A stretch of DNA of 64,000 bases, taken from IMG/VR virus record IMGVR_UViG_3300005469_000597; one strand, written 5' to 3'. The position numbers and the translations under genes were made by a program. Positions 58,424-64,000 of this stretch are shown here, piece by piece (position 1 is the first letter of the stretch; each line of letters starts with the position of its first letter). Source of the DNA: an uncultured virus (IMG/VR IMGVR_UViG_3300005469_000597) (Duplodnaviria > Heunggongvirae > Uroviricota > Caudoviricetes). The notes beneath the pieces were generated by a model. The model was not told the DNA's origin. It did not search any database and worked only from the letters and a program-made list of their open reading frames with translations.

Positions 58424-58990
58424 TTATGCAGGTATCTCTTCAGGAATAGCTACATCTACTGTGGCTCCGGCCTCGCCGAATGGGTCTTCCGTATTGCCGG
58501 ATGTGTCATCCTGATTGAAGTCCAGCACTCCGTCGGTGTCATACTTGCGGTCGAGTATATACTGCTCGACCTCATAGAGAAATGCCTGCACGGCCATGTC
58601 GAACTCATCGCCGTGTTCCAGACCCTCGTCGCCGAGGTCAACGCCGGGAGAGCATAGGTTCAACACCTTTCTCGTCATGAGGATACGCTTGCCGCTCATC
58701 ACTATGAACGGCGCAGAGTCATCGCCGCCCTTGCTCACGGCCGACACTGAAATCTGCTTCAGCAATTCATTGTTGGCTTCTCCGTTAAGGTCAGACCAAT
58801 CTATTGAGTCTGCCTCTTTCTGCTCAGTCAGTGCCGCGAAGAATGGTACCAACTCCTGAAGGCGACTGCGCAGATCCACGTGGGCGCGGTGATTGCCTTT
58901 GATGGTAATCTCGTTGCCGTCCTGGTCAATGTAAGTCGCCTCAACGCTGCCTCCCTTGGTAAGTTTGGCTTTCTTGATTTTTAATTCCAT
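58424..58990 (-). CDS. Hypothetical protein
   Basis: 188-aa ORF. Confidence 0.65.
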   Translation of the reverse strand: MELKIKKAKLTKGGSVEATYIDQDGNEITIKGNHRAHVDLRSRLQELVPFFAALTEQKEADSIDWSDLNGEANNELLKQISVSAVSKGGDDSAPFIVMSGKRILMTRKVLNLCSPGVDLGDEGLEHGDEFDMAVQAFLYEVEQYILDRKYDTDGVLDFNQDDTSGNTEDPFGEAGATVDVAIPEEIPA

Positions 58991-59042
58991 TTTTGTTTTT
59001 TTGAGGTGAAAAAATATCGGACGGCATTTGGCGCCGCCCGAT

Positions 59043-59462
59043 TTATCGGTGTTTGTATTCGTTTATGAAATCCTGATAATGCCTGTCCGCTGGCAATGGG
59101 AGGTTTATCCCGAACTCAGTAGCGGCATCAGCTTGAATCTTGTTGAGGTAGTCGGTCATCTGGAGCGTGTTCAGGTCTGTTGTGCTGCCTATCACATGAA
59201 CCCATCGGCCTCTGACCGCTATGTCTCGCCCAAGGTATTTAGCCTTGTAGTAGTCGTGGATGTCATCTTTCGGAGTGCCGGTCGCTTCCTCCATGCACTT
59301 GAACCACATCCACATCAGCGCATTTTGGCTTACTGTCCTCGGCTGTGTCTTACGGACTATCTTGACAGTGTAGGTTCCGTTCTGGAGAAGTGAGCAGAGG
59401 TAGTCAAAGGACTTATCCATGCTCACCTCTCCGTTACACTTGGTAAGGGTAGCTTCAGGCAT
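59043..59462 (-). CDS. NinB/Orf-like recombination protein
   Basis: RTVSQNALMW, STTDLNTLQMTDYL. Confidence 0.65.
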   Translation of the reverse strand: MPEATLTKCNGEVSMDKSFDYLCSLLQNGTYTVKIVRKTQPRTVSQNALMWMWFKCMEEATGTPKDDIHDYYKAKYLGRDIAVRGRWVHVIGSTTDLNTLQMTDYLNKIQADAATEFGINLPLPADRHYQDFINEYKHR

Positions 59463-60048
59463 TGGTCTTGAACGGTAAGCCGTCTACACCGAGGTTTTGG
59501 GGCGTACTGCCACCGGCAGGATACTGGCCGGGGAACGGCGCGGCTTGCGGCGCGGCTGGTTGAGGATATGACGGCTGTTGGGGATAGGCAGGTTGCTGGG
59601 GGTAGCTCGGCTGTTGGGGATAACCCTGCTGTGGATAGGTGGGCTGTTGAGGATATGCACCATATCCGGGCGCCGGTGCCGGTGCGGACTGTTGGGGATA
59701 GCCCTGCTGAGGCTGCTGACTGTAACCCTGCTGAGGCTGTTCCTGATAAGGAGTGATGTTGAGACCCTTGATTGACGTGAACACTCGGCCATTGTACTCT
59801 CGGCCGTTGACGCACGCATCGACGCTGACACGCTGGCCCGGCTGAAAGTTGTCAAGGAGTCCCATCTTGTCCCCGGTGAACTCCACTAATACATAGTTGG
59901 GATGCACAACGCCGTCGCGGTCGGACCACGAGTCATCGAGTATCAGCTCACGCTTTCTGAACGGATCGCCGCCGTTTCTGGAGGGTATTTCCTGAACTTG
60001 GGAGATAGAATAAATGATTGCACCTCCCGAAATTTGTAATTTAATCAT
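59455..60048 (-). CDS. DUF3127 family SSB-like protein with Q/P/Y-rich tail
   Basis: GREYNGRVF, YPQQP repeats, C-terminal LPF. Confidence 0.75.
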   Translation of the reverse strand: MIKLQISGGAIIYSISQVQEIPSRNGGDPFRKRELILDDSWSDRDGVVHPNYVLVEFTGDKMGLLDNFQPGQRVSVDACVNGREYNGRVFTSIKGLNITPYQEQPQQGYSQQPQQGYPQQSAPAPAPGYGAYPQQPTYPQQGYPQQPSYPQQPAYPQQPSYPQPAAPQAAPFPGQYPAGGSTPQNLGVDGLPFKTNA

Positions 60049-61108
60049 CGCTGTTATCTTTAAGTGTTATTTTGAACGAGCCGCTGACGGCCTTTTGGGT
60101 GAAATATTGAGCGGCCAAGTCGGGATGGTCTTTCTCGAAACTTTTTGCATCGAATGTCCGTCGCATTGAGGCCGCTCCGAGAGTTGTCTTGAACAGACCG
60201 CTGTCCCAACTCCTTAGACCTCGCTTCTCCATCGCTTCTCTCAGCAAAGGCTTCACTCGGTCAAGTTCTGAGTCTATGTGCTGCTTTTGTTTGAGCAGCT
60301 TGTTTACATAGGCTATCATGTCTTCCGGCAAAATGCTCCCGGCATCGCTTGTGGACCGCTGTCCGAGTTGAGGATGCAGGAGCTTGCGGTCGGGATGCTC
60401 ATAGACGATTGAGCCGTCAAAGGACTCATACCACACCGCTTTCAGCAGTTCAAGAACGAGTTCGTCGGGCTTGCGCTCGATAATCCAAAACGCTGCCTCA
60501 TCCTTGCGGAGCCAGTTGGCACACAGACCTTCTACTTTGAGTCCGGGGTTCTGTCTCTCGAACAGCACCGCGTACACTGACAGCTGCCATGAGAGATATT
60601 CTTTCAGACCGTCCGCGTGATTGGCGAAGTAGTTAGGCAATCCGTAGCCGTCAAGCGGATAGTAGTTGAGGTTGTTGGTCTTGGTGTCGGCCAGCCAGAT
60701 GCCGCCGGTACTCTCGCGTATCCATACGTTGTCTATCTGAGATGCGTATTGGAAATTGTCGCTGACAGTGTACTCGTTGGCAAGAGGAATGAAGCCCTGG
60801 CGGTGGCGGATGTAACTGTCAAGTTCGCGGCTCACGTCCCAATCTTCATCGCCGAAGCTATTGGGATATGTGGTTTCCTTGATGCCGAGGTCATCATACA
60901 GCTCAATAGCTTTGTGGACGGATGAACCATACTGGCCGGCCCTTGGGATTGCCGTGTTCTTTACGAAGTCACTTGCATCAGGATAGACACCCAATTCAAG
61001 GACTGAATGAATGAGTCCGGTGATGCCCATCAGTCGCTTATCGCCGAGGGCATACCGGTGGAGCTCCTCATTGAACTCCACCGGGCTTTTAATCAGTTCG
61101 ATGCTCAT
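60041..61108 (-). CDS. PD-(D/E)xK exonuclease partnering ERF
   Basis: GSSVH, ASQID, LADTKT, WQLSVY. Confidence 0.75.
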   Translation of the reverse strand: MSIELIKSPVEFNEELHRYALGDKRLMGITGLIHSVLELGVYPDASDFVKNTAIPRAGQYGSSVHKAIELYDDLGIKETTYPNSFGDEDWDVSRELDSYIRHRQGFIPLANEYTVSDNFQYASQIDNVWIRESTGGIWLADTKTNNLNYYPLDGYGLPNYFANHADGLKEYLSWQLSVYAVLFERQNPGLKVEGLCANWLRKDEAAFWIIERKPDELVLELLKAVWYESFDGSIVYEHPDRKLLHPQLGQRSTSDAGSILPEDMIAYVNKLLKQKQHIDSELDRVKPLLREAMEKRGLRSWDSGLFKTTLGAASMRRTFDAKSFEKDHPDLAAQYFTQKAVSGSFKITLKDNSDD

Positions 61109-61758
61109 TTAGCCGGATTTTGGATTGAGTGAGATTTTGCGCTTACAGCCTGATAGAACTCGGTGCCTTTGGCGCAGAGTGCCGGAACTGCGGTGCTCCA
61201 CTTTTTCCACACAGATGTTATGTGGTCGGGGGTGGTGCATCGGCCAAGTTCCTCAAGCGCCTCTTTGAGTTGTGCGCCGGTGAACGTGGCGGCAGGTTGC
61301 TGATGTCCGCGTTCCTTGAACTCAGCCTGATTGCCGCAGGCGAGGTTGGCATCATCGTCGGTGTCAGCCACGATACCGAGGATAGCACAGTAGGAGTAGC
61401 GCTTCAGGTAGGTAATGGCGGAGCCATAAGCCTGATAGTCGGTTGTCTGATTGGGTAACATCAGTTCGCTCTTGAACCACTGGCCGCTCTTGTGCGAGAG
61501 GATGGTTACGAGCTTGCCGTCGCTGATGAGCTGACAGACGGAGAGACCGTTGGCTTTGAGAGCCGGGGTGGCGGCTTTCACACAAGCGCAGAGGTCTGCG
61601 TACTTGAACGAGTATGAGCCGCCGGTCTTGGTCTTCACCTTAACCTCTTTTTCAAGTTTGGGCTGCTCGACACTGCCCTGAAAGGCAGAGAGAGCTGCGC
61701 TGATTTCGTTGATACTCTCGCTCATGTAGGAGACGAGTCTGGGAGTTGTTTCTTCCAT
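61105..61758 (-). CDS. erf: ERF family single-strand annealing protein
   Basis: KYADL, HKSGQW, GSAITYLKRYS, DDDA. Confidence 0.88.
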   Translation of the reverse strand: MEETTPRLVSYMSESINEISAALSAFQGSVEQPKLEKEVKVKTKTGGSYSFKYADLCACVKAATPALKANGLSVCQLISDGKLVTILSHKSGQWFKSELMLPNQTTDYQAYGSAITYLKRYSYCAILGIVADTDDDANLACGNQAEFKERGHQQPAATFTGAQLKEALEELGRCTTPDHITSVWKKWSTAVPALCAKGTEFYQAVSAKSHSIQNPAK

Positions 61759-61766
61759 TTTGAATG

Positions 61767-61883
61767 GGTTTTATTGGTTTGACTTATGTTTCATTTCACC
61801 TGTAAAGTTAAGGCAGATTGACGAGAGGTACAAACAGATTAAACACCATTTTATCAATATTTTACGCCTTAACATTTACTGAC
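61767..61883 (-). promoter_or_regulatory. Phage promoter/leader cassette copy 5
   Basis: Same boxes and spacing; shares GCCTTAACATTTACTGAC with copy 1. Confidence 0.8.
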
Positions 61884-62154
61884 ATTTGACCCCGAAACGA
61901 GGAGCGTAGAAGTTGAAATTCCGACGCTCTACATCGGCATCTTCTGGATGCCATCTTGCATTCCTGAGCCATCTTTCATAGCACTCCTTACAGCGCCATT
62001 GATTGAGGACTGCAATATAGCACCCTTTGTCCGCAGGGAGATAGGGGCGTCCGCACCAGTCGCAGATGCAGATTTCAGAGCCGACGGCATCCATCAGCTC
62101 CCCAGCGGTACATTCTATGACGAGGAATTTGCCTGCTTCGATTTGTTTAGCCAT
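61876..62154 (-). CDS. Cys-rich hypothetical protein
   Basis: CDWC, CKEC. Confidence 0.6.
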   Translation of the reverse strand: MAKQIEAGKFLVIECTAGELMDAVGSEICICDWCGRPYLPADKGCYIAVLNQWRCKECYERWLRNARWHPEDADVERRNFNFYAPRFGVKCQ

Positions 62155-62554
62155 TTTGTCTGATGTATTTGAGAATTATCTTTGACAATCTTATTGTCTT
62201 CCGGCAAAGCTCCTCATCGAACATTCCGATGTGAGTTTGCTCCTTTGGCAATCGGAATGCGGTTGACAAAACCTCGTAGGCCGCAGTCAGTGGCAGATAG
62301 CCCTCTTTCCAAATTGGGTCAAAAGCCTCGTGCGCCTGATGCTTCAGTTGTCGGAGTTCTTTGTTTGCAACTCTGCCAAGTGCTTTGTCAGTACCTTTGT
62401 GGCATCCGACCCATGCACCGCACGGCTCACACAGGTAGCACTTGGTGCCATAGGAGCGCCCATAGATTTGTGAGTCGTCAACGAGTTTAGTTGGAGATCC
62501 ACAATACGGGCAACTCCAGCCGAGAAGCACAAGCGGATCATCTTTCAATGTCAT
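62147..62554 (-). CDS. DUF3268-like zinc-finger protein
   Basis: CPYCG, CEPCGAWVGCH, AHEAFDPIWK, HIGMF. Confidence 0.8.
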   Translation of the reverse strand: MTLKDDPLVLLGWSCPYCGSPTKLVDDSQIYGRSYGTKCYLCEPCGAWVGCHKGTDKALGRVANKELRQLKHQAHEAFDPIWKEGYLPLTAAYEVLSTAFRLPKEQTHIGMFDEELCRKTIRLSKIILKYIRQNG

Positions 62555-62771
62555 TTTTGATGTGGTCTATCGCGGCGTTCAAGGCATCCTGAAACTCGTC
62601 GAGGTGTTCAGGATGCAGGAAGATACGCTGCCGTTTCCTTGGGCCTTTCGACTTGTCTGTCGGAATTTCCGATATGGCAATATAAGGAGAGCCCTTGCTG
62701 TCCTTGTGGGTGTCTATGTAGTAGACGCGAGTCCCACCACTGACACGCTTTGAGAATGTCGGTTTATCCAT
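62538..62771 (-). CDS. DUF3276 / PUR-like nucleic-acid-binding protein
   Basis: FSKRVSGGTRVYYID..YIAISE..RIFL; ATG 62771 preferred. Confidence 0.7.
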   Translation of the reverse strand: MDKPTFSKRVSGGTRVYYIDTHKDSKGSPYIAISEIPTDKSKGPRKRQRIFLHPEHLDEFQDALNAAIDHIKNDIER

Positions 62772-62925
62772 GTTGATGATGTGTTGATGATGTTGTCGGG
62801 AGAGTTGGACTTGAACCAACTTGTCAACTATTCGATATGCGTCCCGTCGCCCTGTGCGATGCCCATACCCGTATTTATTGACGCCAGCCTCTACTGGTAG
62901 CACTTGCCGTGTGCAATTCTCCCGT

Positions 62926-62958
62926 GAAAAACCGGACTATCTTCGCAGACGGCCCGGT
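62926..62958 (-). terminator. Intrinsic terminator downstream of tRNA-like element
   Basis: ACCGGGCCGTCT-GCGA-AGATAGTCCGGT-TTTT on minus strand. Confidence 0.65.
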
Positions 62959-62982
62959 GCTAATGATATTATTCTAATTGGG

Positions 62983-63063
62983 TGGTGGACGGTGCAGGAG
63001 TCGAACCCACCTCTCTGCATCGGCGCGCCTCAGCAGTGTTTCAGCCATCTAAACTGACCGCCC
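62983..63063 (-). ncRNA. tRNA-like RNA with enlarged anticodon arm (no assignable anticodon)
   Basis: Acceptor GGGCGGT/ACCGTCC, D stem GTTT/AAAC, T loop TTCGACT, encoded ACCA; anticodon arm 22 nt instead of 17. Confidence 0.7.
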
Positions 63064-63186
63064 ATGAAGCCGAAATAACCCGTCCGGCCATCGGGATTGA
63101 TTGATTGACGCTGTAAACCCTCACGGGCGTTTTCAAAGGCATCACTATGTGGTTAATAACAGCGACCCTCTCGGGCTAATATATCG

Positions 63187-63474
63187 TTATCTTTTTTTCT
63201 TTCTAGTATTCCGACAATGCCTCAAAACCTGGGCGGCGTTACAGAACCATTTACCGTTCTGCGCCTCGGTCGGCTTTGTTGCCTCTATCTTTCCGGCGGC
63301 GATAAGGTCTGTGAGCTTCTTTTCGCCTCCGACAATGTGCATGGCGTCCTTCTTGCCAAATGTAAAGTCAGACATTATTGTGAGTATATTCTCCAATAAA
63401 ATAGCCGAGGGATCTACGGCATTGATTTGACCTCTTCCCATAGGCTCTACTTTACTCTTGCGACATAGACGCAT
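63187..63474 (-). CDS. Small basic, possibly excisionase-like protein
   Basis: KKDAMHIVGG..LIAAGKI..NGKW pattern; start uncertain. Confidence 0.5.
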   Translation of the reverse strand: MRLCRKSKVEPMGRGQINAVDPSAILLENILTIMSDFTFGKKDAMHIVGGEKKLTDLIAAGKIEATKPTEAQNGKWFCNAAQVLRHCRNTRKKKR

Positions 63475-63671
63475 TTATCTTCCATGTCGGTGCTTGTTAT
63501 CCACTTTTTACCCATTTTCACACGCTCGTTAAGCATGGAGGCACTTGGCGTGTTCCGGACGGTATTCGGATTGTAGATGTCCATAGGAAATGCGATGGCT
63601 TCACCTACCTTCAAATTGCGGAACTCTTCCGCAACGCCTCCGCTGGCGATTCTTATTGTATTATTCTCCAT
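63447..63671 (-). CDS. Hypothetical small protein, possibly DNA-binding
   Basis: 74 aa; FRNLKVGE..VYVARVK. Confidence 0.55.
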   Translation of the reverse strand: MENNTIRIASGGVAEEFRNLKVGEAIAFPMDIYNPNTVRNTPSASMLNERVKMGKKWITSTDMEDKCVYVARVK

Positions 63672-63690
63672 ATTTGTTTTTGAGATTAAT

Positions 63691-63765
63691 TGGGAACGGT
63701 AGTCGGCTTTGCTCCGACGACCTTCAGGAGTGTTCCTGACGCTCTACTGACTGAGCTATACCGTT
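63691..63765 (-). ncRNA. tRNA-like RNA with 6-nt anticodon loop and non-canonical T loop
   Basis: Perfect stems AACGGTA/TACCGTT, GCTC/GAGC, TCAGG/CCTGA, GTCGG/CCGAC; variable loop AGGTC; encoded CCA. Confidence 0.72.
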
Positions 63766-64000
63766 CTGATTTATATATGTGGAAACTCAGATGCTGTGAG
63801 TTCTTTGCATACTTGGTTATTACCGGTCCATTTGCCACGGGCGGACACGACTCAACCCGCCATCCGTCATTGTTCGGCATAAGCACGGATGGTTCTTTCT
63901 TACCGTAGCACCGACCCGCTTCAATGTGCCGTTCACCCTTGCGAGGCTATTGAGCTGCATCTTTATCGGCTACTACTCATCGCTGACTCTCCGGCGGTCT

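Larger units (their letters stand above)
1878..64000. mobile_element. Temperate siphovirus-like prophage carrying a DGR; right end outside window; left boundary approximate
   Basis: Integrase, lysis, tail, HK97-type head, terminase, replication and recombination modules in canonical order. Confidence 0.95.

Noticed and set aside
59540..59745. Tandem YPQQP-coding repeats
   Set aside because: Ordinary low-complexity linker of an SSB-like protein
20749..61785. Dispersed 19-bp repeats as a CRISPR array or invertible-repeat system
   Set aside because: Not regularly spaced, all in the same orientation, no cas or invertase genes
62795..62870. Third tRNA-like element
   Set aside because: Only a T arm (GTTGG-TTCAAGT-CCAAC) and 4-5 bp of acceptor pair; no convincing anticodon arm or CCA
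62983..63765. Calling the two cloverleaves functional tRNA genes
   Set aside because: Neither has a 7-nt anticodon loop, so no anticodon can be assigned
8608..64000. A second DGR target (remote VR)
   Set aside because: None noticed by eye; a BLASTn of TR against the genome is needed to exclude one
1878..64000. Claim that the phage lacks a CI-type repressor
   Set aside because: None seen, but the immunity region would plausibly lie beyond the right edge of the window

Overview
Bacteroidales-type chromosome, inferred from TAnnTTTG promoters and A-rich leaders lacking Shine-Dalgarno sites. After host ychF (474-1577), the window is one siphovirus-like temperate prophage that runs off the right edge. 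From left to right it holds: tyrosine integrase; a compact regulatory island; lysis genes; a diversity-generating retroelement (DGR: RT, 110-bp TR, and a VR at the 3' end of a 2799-aa tail/adhesin gene, with 14 mismatches all at TR adenines); tail, head and terminase genes; DNA-modification and anti-defence genes (Tad2-like); replication genes with an iteron origin; recombination genes; and tRNA-shaped RNAs with broken anticodon loops. Nearly all phage genes are on the minus strand. The most novel signal is a candidate RNA-based control circuit. A predicted ~80-nt sRNA (about 3083-3162, +), with its own promoter and terminator, carries a 19-nt seed complementary to a motif 4-11 nt upstream of the start codons of six dispersed phage genes. 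Four of these leaders lie in a five-copy promoter class with invariant spacing. The sRNA sits beside a stand-alone RNA polymerase alpha-CTD-like gene and a second predicted sRNA. All protein-family calls are from motif recognition by eye, not database searches.
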